A stretch of 64,000 bases of DNA, taken from NCBI GenBank assembly GCA_045606105.1, contig JAZURI010000002.1:224001-288000 (forward strand). Reading direction: 5' to 3'. Each line of letters opens with the position of its first letter. Position 1 is the first letter of the stretch. This DNA comes from Spirochaetia bacterium (GTDB lineage Bacteria; Spirochaetota; Spirochaetia; CADAEX01). Shown here in pieces: positions 1-9,599 of the stretch. The position numbers were made by a program, and so were the translations under genes. The notes under the pieces were generated by a model. It was not told the DNA's origin and made no database searches. It was given only the letters and a program-made list of their open reading frames with translations.

Positions 1-2170
1 CACCGTCCATACCGGCAAGAACAAAGTTGGCCCTGGTTTTCAGGTAATCGAACTTTCCGTTCTTGTGACGGATAAGAGGAGGATTGTGCCCTGCGTTGGC
101 ATAGGTGAGCATTCCTGTTTTCAGGTCCACGATTCCTATCCAGGCGGTAACAAACATTCCGGCTTCGTTTCCTTCGCAGAGCTTGGCATTGGCATTGGTA
201 AACACTTCGTCAACCTCCATACCCGATTCCACATAGCTCTTGATGATGGTCTTGGCTGTCATCATGAACATGGCGGCCGGAATTCCCTTTCCGGAAACAT
301 CGGCAATCAGGAAGCCCAGCCTGTCGTTGTCCATGAGATAGAAGTCGTAGAAATCGCCTCCCACCTCCTTGGCTGTATCCATGGTTGCGTAGATATCAAA
401 ATCCTTCCTGTGAGGGAACGGAGGAAAGATATTAGGCAGTGCGGAAAGCTGGATGGATTTTGCAAATTCCAGCTCCTTGTCTATTCTGGCCTCAGCCTCG
501 GATATGTATTTCTTCAGGGTATCCACCGTAAAGTTGATATCGTCCGAAAGGGAGGCAAATTCCCTGTTACCGCGGACATTAACCACCTCGTTCAGGTTTC
601 CTCCTGTGATTCTGGCCAGGGATATGTTTATTCTGTGGATGTTGTTTATGATTACCTTCTTTATCAGCAGATAAACCAGGATAAAGAGCATGGTGAAGAT
701 AAGTATTTCCGTAAAGATACCCATGTAGACCGACAGGTTCATGGAGAAAAGGGCCTCTTTCTTCGGGTATACCGCAACTACATAATAATATTTTGAGGCT
801 ACCGGGAAAAGGCCGTACATATAGAAGACCTCTTCTCCGTAAAGATTTGTTTCAAAGACCTCTTTGAGATGAAGGGTTTCAGGCTCGATACCCAGCTCCA
901 TGATTTTGTTTTCGCTTCTGTCACGGCCGTGGCTTACGATATTTCCGCTGGCATCGGTTACGATCAGGTAACCTCTCTTTCCGATCAGCTTGTTCCTGGC
1001 GGAATCCCGGATATTGAAATTTACCTCATTGATAAGGAATGTCAGGTCGTAGCCCACGATGATCATTCCCCCCTTGTCCAGGGAAGTGGCCACATATTTC
1101 CTGAAGACATTGCTGTTATGGAAGGAGGCCTCATATTCTCCCGCCAGGCTGCTTTCCCATCCTGTCAGGACCGGACCGAACTGATGAAGACTCTTGTAGT
1201 TCAGATAACTGTTGTTGAAGGTCTTCAGGTTGGTGGTGAAGATAAATCTTCCTTCCCGGTTGGTGACATAGATTTCAGGCACATTGTATCTGGAGCTGAT
1301 CTCCCGGAATTTTTCAAGGTCCATTTTTCCTGCATTGTTGATATCGGTGGCAATCCATGAGTTGTATTTTCTGAGGAAGGATTCCATGTTGTCATTCATT
1401 CCGTCCTCCAGACTTACCAGGTTATCGTTCAATACACTGTAGATTTCCTGCTTTGAAAGTCTTGAATTGAGACCATAGGTAAAGATACTGGTCATTCCGA
1501 AGGCAACCAGGATGGAAACCAGAAGTGAATTCTGGAAGGTTTGGGTAATGGGAGGTGCCTTTTTCTTTTCAGAAAAATCCTTTCCTATCATTACTATCAG
1601 CCATTCGGCCAGCATTACCGACATTGCGGTGGCGATTATCATAGGGGGAGCACAGATGTAGACCACATCAAGGGCTCTGTTGAGATCGTCCAGCTTGGTT
1701 ATAACAAGAAGAATCATGTGGATTACTTCGGTTGAAGTACCGATGAGGAGACCGTAAAGCCAGGAGGAACGCTTGTTTCCGAAAATAAATTTCCGGCTGA
1801 ATGCTCCGAAAAGACCGGCACATACGGTAGCCACGGAACAAGCTATCTGGGAGTAGACACCGATTCCGAACAAAGCAGCCACATACCGATGGACACCGCC
1901 CAGGATACCGGCGAGGATACCGGCCGGAGCTCCGAAAACAAGACCTGCAATCAGAGGTGCGGCATTCCTGACATTGAGTACAACCCCGCTGGTGGTAATT
2001 CCGAAATGGGTGGCCGAACAGGCGACAAGGCCGAAAACCACCCCTATTATCAGCTGTCTGTATCTGAAAGGTATACTGTTCCATTTGGTCTTCTTTTCGA
2101 GAATATAAAAGAATACGGCAAACAGAACAGGAATAAGGGCAGAAATGATAAGTAAGAATGCTGTCAACAT
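1..2170 (-). CDS. Membrane sensor phosphatase: LytS/5TMR-LYT-like N-terminal membrane domain, extracytoplasmic region, HAMP and SpoIIE/PP2C phosphatase (3' end runs off the window)
   Basis: Missing from the ORF track; translated by hand from ATG at 2170 with GGAGG RBS at 2176-2180. Starts MLTAFLLIISALIPVLF, then VLNVRNAAPLIAGLVFGAPAGILAGILGGVHRY (5TMR-LYT-like), then KELEFAKSIQLSALP, EVGGDFYDF, LIADVSGKGIPAAMFM and YANAGHNPP (SpoIIE motifs). Confidence 0.88.
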   Translation of the reverse strand, partial: MLTAFLLIISALIPVLFAVFFYILEKKTKWNSIPFRYRQLIIGVVFGLVACSATHFGITTSGVVLNVRNAAPLIAGLVFGAPAGILAGILGGVHRYVAALFGIGVYSQIACSVATVCAGLFGAFSRKFIFGNKRSSWLYGLLIGTSTEVIHMILLVITKLDDLNRALDVVYICAPPMIIATAMSVMLAEWLIVMIGKDFSEKKKAPPITQTFQNSLLVSILVAFGMTSIFTYGLNSRLSKQEIYSVLNDNLVSLEDGMNDNMESFLRKYNSWIATDINNAGKMDLEKFREISSRYNVPEIYVTNREGRFIFTTNLKTFNNSYLNYKSLHQFGPVLTGWESSLAGEYEASFHNSNVFRKYVATSLDKGGMIIVGYDLTFLINEVNFNIRDSARNKLIGKRGYLIVTDASGNIVSHGRDRSENKIMELGIEPETLHLKEVFETNLYGEEVFYMYGLFPVASKYYYVVAVYPKKEALFSMNLSVYMGIFTEILIFTMLFILVYLLIKKVIINNIHRINISLARITGGNLNEVVNVRGNREFASLSDDINFTVDTLKKYISEAEARIDKELEFAKSIQLSALPNIFPPFPHRKDFDIYATMDTAKEVGGDFYDFYLMDNDRLGFLIADVSGKGIPAAMFMMTAKTIIKSYVESGMEVDEVFTNANAKLCEGNEAGMFVTAWIGIVDLKTGMLTYANAGHNPPLIRHKNGKFDYLKTRANFVLAGMDG

Positions 2171-2179
2171 TTTATCCTC

Positions 2180-2944
2180 CTACGGCCTGAAATAGGTTCT
2201 TCTTGCCTTGCCGTCTATTATATCGACCAGGGACCTGTTTCCGTTGGCAACAATGACGGGAATTCCCCTGGCTGTAGCCATTTCGGCAGCCTTTACCTTG
2301 GATTTCATCCCGCCGAGACCCAGATATGATTTTCCGTGCTCGGACATGTGATAGATTTCCTCGGTAATCCGGTCCACCTCGTCGAAGAAACGGGCATCGG
2401 GATTTTCCTTTGGATTATCGGCAAAGAGACCGTCCACATCGGTAAGTATGACTGTAAGATCCACCTTCAGATTCACGGAAACCACTGCGGCAAGTATATC
2501 GTTATCGGAAAAATAGTGGGCTCCTTCAAGCTCGGTCTTGTCCACGATATCGTTTTCGTTGATGATCGGGATAGTTCCCTCGCTGAGATAGGCATCCAGA
2601 ACTGTCATAAGGGTCCGGACCTCATTTTCCTTGTCAAAATTATGATGAGTAACAAGAACCTGTGCTATGAACTGGTTGTTTTCCCTGAAAAAATCCTTGT
2701 AGTACTTTATCAGGTTCACCTGACCCATTCCCGAAAGCATCTGAAGATGAAGGGTATCTTTGGGTCGCTCGGTTATTCCGCGGAGCTCCATTCCTGCAGC
2801 AACGGCACCTGAGGAAACAAGAATTATCTCATGTCCCCTGGCCTTGAGCGCAGACATTTCCTTTACCTTCCTGCTGATGAAATTATAATTGATCTGATTC
2901 TCTTCGCTTATAAGAGCACTTCCGATCTTGACCAAAATTCTCAT
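2180..2944 (-). CDS. proB: Glutamate 5-kinase, short form without PUA domain
   Basis: VKIGSA, LVSSGAVAAG, IPIINEND, SDNDILAA, LTDVDGL and GGMKSKVKAA motifs; adjacent to proA. Confidence 0.95.
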   Translation of the reverse strand: MRILVKIGSALISEENQINYNFISRKVKEMSALKARGHEIILVSSGAVAAGMELRGITERPKDTLHLQMLSGMGQVNLIKYYKDFFRENNQFIAQVLVTHHNFDKENEVRTLMTVLDAYLSEGTIPIINENDIVDKTELEGAHYFSDNDILAAVVSVNLKVDLTVILTDVDGLFADNPKENPDARFFDEVDRITEEIYHMSEHGKSYLGLGGMKSKVKAAEMATARGIPVIVANGNRSLVDIIDGKARRTYFRP

Positions 2945-2955
2945 TTTTTTACCTA

Positions 2956-4269
2956 TTATATATCTTTATGTGTAAACTTCTTTTCTCCGCTTACATAATC
3001 CCTGACCAGATTTCCCTGTCCCTGAAGCCTGTACTTGTAGATTGTAAGACCTTCCAGTCCCACCGGACCTCTGGCATGGATCTTTGATGTGGAAATACCC
3101 ACCTCCGCACCGAAACCGTACCGGAACCCATCGGCGAAACGGGTTGAAGCATTGTGCATGACGGAAGAGGAATCCACCCCTGCAAAAAATATCTCTGCCA
3201 TAGAAGCATCATCGGTGGCAATGGCATCGGTATGATGGGAGCCGTACCTGTTGATATGCTCCATGGCTTCATGAATATCAGAAACCACCTTTACGGAAAG
3301 GATAAGGTCATCGTATTCTGTGGCCCAGTCCTCCTCGGTGGCAGGAATAACATCTATTATTTTCCGGACTGCCTCGTCTCCCCTGATTTCCACCCCTTTT
3401 TCATCCAGGGCTTTTTTTACCGCAGGGAGAAAACTCTCAGCCGAATCCTTGTGGACCAGCAGGGTTTCCAGGGCATTGCATACAGCCGGATACTGTGTCT
3501 TGGAATCGACGACCAGCGATACGGCCTTTTCCTGATCCACACTGCTGTCTATGTAGTAATGGCAGATTCCGTCGGCATGTCCCAGAACCGGAATCTTTGT
3601 ATGTTCCTTGACAAACCTGACCAGAGCATTGGAGCCCCGCGGTATCATGAGGTCGATGACAGTATCCAGCTCAAGCAGGGTGTTTATCTCCTCCCTGGTC
3701 TGAGCCAGCACTACCGTTCCTTTAAAAATATCCTTGCCAAGCTGACGGTCTGCAGCTTCGGAAGCCTCAAGAACGGTTTCGTAAAGGATCCTGTTGGACA
3801 GGACTGCCTCCTTGCCTCCCTTGAGAATGGCACAGTTTCCGGATTTGATACAGAGGGATGCAATCTGGATAAAGGCCTCGGGTCTTGCCTCGAATATTAC
3901 ACCGATAAGTCCTACCGGTACCGAATATCTGGTAAGGAGAAGATCGTCATCCAGCTCTCTTCTCAGCTGTACATGTCCCAGCGGATCGGGAAGTGATGCT
4001 ACCTGAAGAACCCCTGCAGCCATCTGCCCTATCTTGTCCGGGGTAAGCTCCAGCCTTTTAAGCATGACGGGATTAAGCCCCTCTGCTTCGGAGCGTTTCA
4101 TGTCCTCCCGGTTTTTCAGATATATCTCTTCCTTCTTTTTCAGAAGCAGCTCTGCCAGAAGCCTGAGGACAAGATTTCTCTCAACAAGGGATGTCCCTGC
4201 CAGGGCAAAGCTTTTTTTCTTGGCATTTTCTGCCTGTATTGCAATTTCACTCATGTTATTTTTTTCCAT
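2956..4269 (-). CDS. proA: Gamma-glutamyl phosphate reductase
   Basis: VPVGLIGVIFEARP, KSGNCAILKGGKEA, CNALETLLVH, NASTRFADGFRYGFGAEVGIST, HARGPVGLEGL. Confidence 0.97.
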   Translation of the reverse strand: MEKNNMSEIAIQAENAKKKSFALAGTSLVERNLVLRLLAELLLKKKEEIYLKNREDMKRSEAEGLNPVMLKRLELTPDKIGQMAAGVLQVASLPDPLGHVQLRRELDDDLLLTRYSVPVGLIGVIFEARPEAFIQIASLCIKSGNCAILKGGKEAVLSNRILYETVLEASEAADRQLGKDIFKGTVVLAQTREEINTLLELDTVIDLMIPRGSNALVRFVKEHTKIPVLGHADGICHYYIDSSVDQEKAVSLVVDSKTQYPAVCNALETLLVHKDSAESFLPAVKKALDEKGVEIRGDEAVRKIIDVIPATEEDWATEYDDLILSVKVVSDIHEAMEHINRYGSHHTDAIATDDASMAEIFFAGVDSSSVMHNASTRFADGFRYGFGAEVGISTSKIHARGPVGLEGLTIYKYRLQGQGNLVRDYVSGEKKFTHKDI

Positions 4270-5059
4270 TTCCCAGTTCCCTGCTCCTGAGAGCCGCCGC
4301 TTTTACGGTTCCGGAAATAATTTCGGCATAATCGGAGGTCTCAAGTATTTTACGGCCTGCCACAGTTGTACCTCCCGGACTGGAAACCATGGTTACCAGC
4401 TCTTCGGGCGAAAGATTCTTTTCCTTTAAAAGATCGGCTGTGCCGCTGAAGGTGGACAGGGTAAGAAATCTTGCCTGCTCTTCAGAAAGCCCCACCTCGG
4501 TACCGGCCTTGATAAAAGCCTCTATGAGCCTGGCCACGAATGCAGGGCCGGAACCGCTGAGTCCGGTTACGCCGTCCATCAGTTCTTCCTTCACCTCAAC
4601 CACCGAACCGGCCATGGAAAGCAGTCTCATTATTTCTGTTTTATGATTTTCGTCGAAGCCGTGGCTGAAAACCGCACCTCCGGCCATCTCCCCGATAAGA
4701 CACGGTGTATTGGGCATGAGTCGCACAGCAGGTATACCGGGAAACCAGCCCTCCAGGGTACCCAGAGAAACGCCGGCAGCAATGGAAAGGAGAATTCCTT
4801 TTCTTATTTCAAGTGTTCCGGCCACGGAAGGAAGAACCTGGGGCTTTACCGCAAGAATGACAAGATCTGCATCTTCGGCCATTTTATTCATGTCATTGTA
4901 TACGGTTACCCTTTCCGCAAAGGTATCAGAAAAAAGTTTTCCCCTTTTTTCATCGGGATCAAATACGGAAACAGTCAGGGAGGAATCGCCCCTGAAAAAA
5001 GAACCGGCAAGGGCAAACGCCATGTTGCCCCCACCTACAAAAGCTATTTTTTTCATCAT
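4256..5059 (-). CDS. proC: Pyrroline-5-carboxylate reductase
   Basis: IAFVGGGNMA, LAVKPQ, RLMPNTP, TGLSGSGPAF, VSSPGGTT. Confidence 0.97.
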   Translation of the reverse strand: MMKKIAFVGGGNMAFALAGSFFRGDSSLTVSVFDPDEKRGKLFSDTFAERVTVYNDMNKMAEDADLVILAVKPQVLPSVAGTLEIRKGILLSIAAGVSLGTLEGWFPGIPAVRLMPNTPCLIGEMAGGAVFSHGFDENHKTEIMRLLSMAGSVVEVKEELMDGVTGLSGSGPAFVARLIEAFIKAGTEVGLSEEQARFLTLSTFSGTADLLKEKNLSPEELVTMVSSPGGTTVAGRKILETSDYAEIISGTVKAAALRSRELGNGKK

Positions 5060-5070
5060 TTCCCTTATAA

Positions 5071-6783
5071 TCAGAGAGTTTTCAGAAGCTCCCTGACATA
5101 ATCAACAGCCTTGTCAATATCAACAAGCTCTGTAACGCCTGTTCTTCTTACCTTAACCTCTACCTTGCCGTTTTCAACGCTCTTTCCCCCTACGAGAACC
5201 TGTACAGGGAATCCCACAAGCTCGGCATCGTTCATCTTGAAGCCGGCTCTTTCGTCACGGTCGTCGATAACGGTATCCACACCGCATTCCAGGAGAGACT
5301 GATATGTCTTTTCAGCCACTTCCACAACCTGTTCATTGTTTCCGTGAAGCGGAATTACCGCAACCTCAAACGGAGCAACGGCAGGAGACCAGATAATACC
5401 TTTTTCATCATGGTTCTGTTCGATGAATGCAGCCATGGTTCTGGTAACTCCGATTCCGTAGCAGCCCATGACAGCCACGCTTTCCTTTCCGTTCCTGTCC
5501 AGGAATGTACAGTGCATAGGGGCTGAATATTTAGTACCGAGATGGAATACCTGTCCTACTTCGATACCGCGGAACTCCTCAAGGATACCGTCGCAGTGAG
5601 GACATTTCTCACCGACCTTGGCAAAGGTAACATCTCCTATGATATCTGCCTTGAAATCCCTTTCAGGATCGATACCTGTAAGGTGGGCATCTGTCTTGTT
5701 GGCACCGCATACCAGGTTTACCCTTCCGTAAATCTGCTTGTCGGCAACAATCCTTATCTTCTCCTTAAGGTTTACGGGACCTGCAAATCCCACCTCGGCA
5801 CCGGTAACCCTCTTTACGGTTTCCTCGTCTGCAGGAAGAACGCTGTTGGCCTTGAGAACCGACTGGATCTTGGCCTCGTTGGCATCCTGCTCGCCCGGTA
5901 CCAGTACTGCAACCGGCTCCTCGTCCACGATAAAGATAAGGGTCTTTATAAACTGCTCGGCTCCCCTTTCAAGGAAAGCTGTAATCTCTTCAATGGTTTT
6001 CTTTCCCGGTGTGGCAACCTCCTGCATCTCCTCAAGAGCACTTCTGTCAGGAGCCGGAATCACCCTGTCGGCCACCGCCTTTTCCACATTGGCCGCATAA
6101 TCGCATTTACTGCAGGAAAGGATTGCATCCTCTCCGGAATCTGCCAGAACCTGGAACTCGTGGGAAAGTTCTCCTCCGATGGCACCGGTGGAGGCATCCA
6201 CAGCCTTGAACCTGAGTCCGCAGCGCTTGAAAATTGCGGTATATGCCTCGTACATGAGCTTGTAGCTCTTGATGGCCTCTTCCTCATTGACATCGAAGCT
6301 GTAGGCATCCTTCATAATGAATTCACGGCCTCTCATGAGTCCAAAGCGGGGACGTACTTCGTCGCGGAACTTGCCCTGAATCTGATATATGTTCCATGGA
6401 AGCTGACGGTAGGACTTAAGGTTTCTCCTTACCATGTCAGTAATTACCTCCTCGTGGGTAGGTCCGAGACAGTATTCGGCATTCTTCCTGTCCTTGAATC
6501 TGAGAAGTTCAGGTCCATAATAATTCCATCTGCCGCTTTCCTGCCAGAGCTCGCCCGGCTGTACCGCAGGCATGAGGCATTCCTGACACCCTCTCTTGTC
6601 CAGCTCTTCCCTGATGATCTTTTCAATCTTGTTGATGGATCTGTATGCCATTGGAAGGTAGTTGTAGATACCTGCCGCCAGCTTCTGAATCATTCCCGCA
6701 CGAAGCATGAGAATATGGCTTATAACCTCTGCCTCCTTTGGGGCTTCCTTGAATGTCTTAAGAAAATATCTGCTGAGTCTCAC
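5071..6783 (-). CDS. proS: Prolyl-tRNA synthetase, bacterial type with editing insertion
   Basis: LGPTHEE, QIQGKFRDEVRPRFGLMRGREF, GIEVGQVFHLGTKYS, MGCYGIG. Confidence 0.98.
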   Translation of the reverse strand: MRLSRYFLKTFKEAPKEAEVISHILMLRAGMIQKLAAGIYNYLPMAYRSINKIEKIIREELDKRGCQECLMPAVQPGELWQESGRWNYYGPELLRFKDRKNAEYCLGPTHEEVITDMVRRNLKSYRQLPWNIYQIQGKFRDEVRPRFGLMRGREFIMKDAYSFDVNEEEAIKSYKLMYEAYTAIFKRCGLRFKAVDASTGAIGGELSHEFQVLADSGEDAILSCSKCDYAANVEKAVADRVIPAPDRSALEEMQEVATPGKKTIEEITAFLERGAEQFIKTLIFIVDEEPVAVLVPGEQDANEAKIQSVLKANSVLPADEETVKRVTGAEVGFAGPVNLKEKIRIVADKQIYGRVNLVCGANKTDAHLTGIDPERDFKADIIGDVTFAKVGEKCPHCDGILEEFRGIEVGQVFHLGTKYSAPMHCTFLDRNGKESVAVMGCYGIGVTRTMAAFIEQNHDEKGIIWSPAVAPFEVAVIPLHGNNEQVVEVAEKTYQSLLECGVDTVIDDRDERAGFKMNDAELVGFPVQVLVGGKSVENGKVEVKVRRTGVTELVDIDKAVDYVRELLKTL

Positions 6784-6795
6784 TTTAGTTCTCCA

Positions 6796-9456
6796 TTATG
6801 ATAATTCTGCAAGGTAGCTTTTCTTCTTCTCGATGAGAACTGTAAGCTCTTCCTTTGCTGCCTGCTCTTTTTCAATGGCATCAGGCTTTGCCTTACTCAT
6901 GAATTCAGGATTTTCAAGCTTTTTCAGAGATTTCTGAAGCAGCTTCTCGCTTTTTGCGATATCGTTTTTCAGCTTTGCGATTTCCTGAGGAATATCGATA
7001 ACATCCTTTACGGAGATATAGGCCTCGAATCCTGCACCTGCAACCATTACACAGCCGCTTTCCTCCGGCTTTCCGGAAACGAACTCCACTGAAGATGCGG
7101 AAATGAGCTGTGCGATGAGAGCACTGTTCCTTGGGAAGAAATCATCCTTTGCAAGAGCTTCATCCAGCTTGAGCATAACCCTTACCTTCTTTGAAGGTGG
7201 TACGGTAAGCTCGCTTCTCATGGTTCTGATGGCACTTACCAGGCTCTGGAGAGATGCAAACTGTGCCGCAATTTCAGGATTCTCCCTTTCCTTCATGTAA
7301 ACAGGATATGGGGCATTTACGATGCTTTCCTCGTGTTCAGGCAGCTTGAGGTAGATTTCCTCGGTGATGAATGAAACAAAAGGATGGAGCATTCTGAGAG
7401 ATTCGCTGAGAACCTGGATAACCATGGAAACTGCCCTGTCCTTCTCCCCGTCGGAGCCGGCATAGAGCGAAAGCTTTGATGCTTCTACATACCAGTAGCA
7501 GAAATCGTTCCAGAAGAATTCGTACATTGCCTTGGCGGCATCGTTGAATCTGTAGCTCTTTATGGCCTTGTCCACTGTTGCCACGGTTTCGTTGAGTCTG
7601 TGAAGAACCCACTTGTCGGCATCGTTAGGTACGATTTCTGAAGCAGGTACAAGGTTTCTTCCCTCAAGGTTCATGAGGATATATCTGGATGCGTTCCAGA
7701 TCTTGTTGGCAAACTTGGAGCCGAACTTGAAGGTCTCCTTGTCGATAAGGATATCCTGTCCCTGGGCTGCCAGGAAGGCCAGTGTGAACTTGAAGGCATC
7801 TGCACCGTATTCGTCGATGATATCCAGCGGGTTGATACCGTTTCCGAGGCTCTTTGACATCTTTCTTCCCAGCTTGTCACGAACCAGACCGTGGATATAG
7901 ATATCGCGGAAAGGAACCTCTCCGGTAAATTCAAGACCTGCCATGATCATTCTGGATACCCAGAAGAAAATGATATCGTAGGCTGTAACCAGTGTTGTTG
8001 TAGGATAGAATGTATTCAGGTCATCGGTTTTCTGAGGCCAGCCCAGTGTGGAGAACGGCCACAGCCAGGATGAGAACCATGTATCGAGAACATCGTTGTC
8101 CTGTTCCAGCTCGTTGCTTCCGCAGTCAGGGCACTTGTCAGGCTCTGTCCTTGCAACAATCATCTTGCCGCACTTGCTGCAGTACCATACAGGGATTCTG
8201 TGTCCCCACCAGAGCTGTCTGGAAATACACCAGTCCCTGATGTTTTCGAGCCAGTGTGTATATGTGTTTTCCCATTTGCGGGGATAGAAGATAATCTCTT
8301 CCTTTTTCCATGCCTCCAGGGCCTTTTCTGCCAGAGGCTTCATCTTTACGAACCACTGGTAGCTGAGATACGGCTCCACTACTGTCTTGCAGCGGTAGCA
8401 GTGTCCTACGGAGTGAACAATCTTTTCCTCTTCCTTGAAAAGTCCCTGATCCTTCAGGTCCTGATTTACCACCTCACGGGCCTCGGCGCAGGTCATGCCT
8501 CTGTATTTCTCAGGGCAGTTCTCGTTGAGTGTTCCGTCCGGATTGAGGATATTGATAATCTCAAGGTTGTGTCTCTTTCCGACTTCCCAGTCGTTAGGGT
8601 CATGGGCCGGTGTTATCTTTACCATACCGGTTCCGAATTCCTTGTCTACATAGGTATCGGCAATGACAGGAATGGTCCTGTCTGTAAGAGGCAGTCTGAG
8701 TCTCTTTCCCACGATAGCCTTGTAGCGCTCGTCATCAGGATGAACAGCTACAGCTGTATCTCCGAGAAGAGTTTCGGGTCTTGTGGTGGCAATCTCGATT
8801 CTTGTGGTTCCGTCCGGTGCAGGTCCGTCGGCAAATTCATACCAGATATGGTACATTGCACCGTCTGTATCGGTATGGTCAACCTCGTCGTCTGCCAGGG
8901 CTGTACCGCATCTCGGACACCAGTTTACGAGATACTGGCCTTTATAGATAAGTCCCCTTTCGTAAAGGGTAACAAAAACCTCCCTTACTGCTGCGGAAAG
9001 TCCCTCATCCATGGTAAAGCGTTCCCTGGACCAGTCGCAGGATGCACCAATCTTCATGAGCTGCTTTGTGATGATGGCATGATGCTCGTGCTTTACATCC
9101 CAGGTCCTTTCCAGAAATTTCTCCCTTCCCAGGTCGTGCTTTGACTTTCCCTCTGCAAGAAGCCTTTTTTCAACGATATTCTGTGTGGCAATACCGGCAT
9201 GGTCTGTTCCCGGTACCCAGAGTGTAGGAATTCCCTGCATTCTGTAATATCTGATAAGAATATCCTGAAGAGAGTTGTTGAGACCGTGTCCCATGTGGAG
9301 AACGCCGGTGACGTTTGGTGGAGGAATGACTATGACGAAAGGTCTGACCCCGTCCTTTTTCCTTGGTTTGAACTGGCCCGAATCCAGCCAGCTTTTATAA
9401 AGTTTGTCCTCAAAATTCTTGGGATCGTAATTCTTCTCAAGCTCGATTGCTTTCAT
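6796..9456 (-). CDS. valS: Valyl-tRNA synthetase
   Basis: PPPNVTGVLHMGH, DWCISRQLWWGH, KMSKS; C-terminal coiled coil. Confidence 0.98.
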   Translation of the reverse strand: MKAIELEKNYDPKNFEDKLYKSWLDSGQFKPRKKDGVRPFVIVIPPPNVTGVLHMGHGLNNSLQDILIRYYRMQGIPTLWVPGTDHAGIATQNIVEKRLLAEGKSKHDLGREKFLERTWDVKHEHHAIITKQLMKIGASCDWSRERFTMDEGLSAAVREVFVTLYERGLIYKGQYLVNWCPRCGTALADDEVDHTDTDGAMYHIWYEFADGPAPDGTTRIEIATTRPETLLGDTAVAVHPDDERYKAIVGKRLRLPLTDRTIPVIADTYVDKEFGTGMVKITPAHDPNDWEVGKRHNLEIINILNPDGTLNENCPEKYRGMTCAEAREVVNQDLKDQGLFKEEEKIVHSVGHCYRCKTVVEPYLSYQWFVKMKPLAEKALEAWKKEEIIFYPRKWENTYTHWLENIRDWCISRQLWWGHRIPVWYCSKCGKMIVARTEPDKCPDCGSNELEQDNDVLDTWFSSWLWPFSTLGWPQKTDDLNTFYPTTTLVTAYDIIFFWVSRMIMAGLEFTGEVPFRDIYIHGLVRDKLGRKMSKSLGNGINPLDIIDEYGADAFKFTLAFLAAQGQDILIDKETFKFGSKFANKIWNASRYILMNLEGRNLVPASEIVPNDADKWVLHRLNETVATVDKAIKSYRFNDAAKAMYEFFWNDFCYWYVEASKLSLYAGSDGEKDRAVSMVIQVLSESLRMLHPFVSFITEEIYLKLPEHEESIVNAPYPVYMKERENPEIAAQFASLQSLVSAIRTMRSELTVPPSKKVRVMLKLDEALAKDDFFPRNSALIAQLISASSVEFVSGKPEESGCVMVAGAGFEAYISVKDVIDIPQEIAKLKNDIAKSEKLLQKSLKKLENPEFMSKAKPDAIEKEQAAKEELTVLIEKKKSYLAELS

Positions 9457-9544
9457 AAGTAAAAATTCCTCCTGATAAATAATATTATTATATTATCATA
9501 TATAAAAGAACCATTCAATAATCCGCGCACAATAAATAATTCTT

Positions 9545-9581
9545 TAAAGGAGTGGCAAAAAACTCCTTTATCCTGTAGAAT
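9545..9581 (+). promoter_or_regulatory. Putative fumC promoter (TGGCAA-17-TAGAAT) overlapped by a 9-bp inverted repeat
   Basis: -35 at 9553-9558 and -10 at 9576-9581; TAAAGGAGT (9545-9553)-N8-ACTCCTTTA (9562-9570); RBS AAGGAG precedes the TTG start. Confidence 0.5.
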
Positions 9582-9599
9582 GGAACAAAGGAGAGAAAG

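Noticed and set aside
65-2155. Plus-strand ORFs 65-796, 869-1360, 1541-1735 and 1889-2155, and minus ORF 1668-2084
   Set aside because: Shadows of the real minus-strand SpoIIE-domain gene (1-2170), which the track missed because it has no stop in the window.
7489-7510. ValS reads FCYWY where FCDWY is usual
   Set aside because: A single-base difference that cannot be told from a polymorphism or sequencing error without reads.
5542-9144. Long antisense ORFs opposite proS and valS (419 aa and 314 aa), and similar ones opposite fumC, PBP1A, ftsH and folC
   Set aside because: Antisense frames produced by codon bias; no motifs or expression signals.
9457-9599. T-box riboswitch upstream of valS/proS
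   Set aside because: Only 143 bp shared with the divergent fumC promoter; no T-box sequence or terminator seen.
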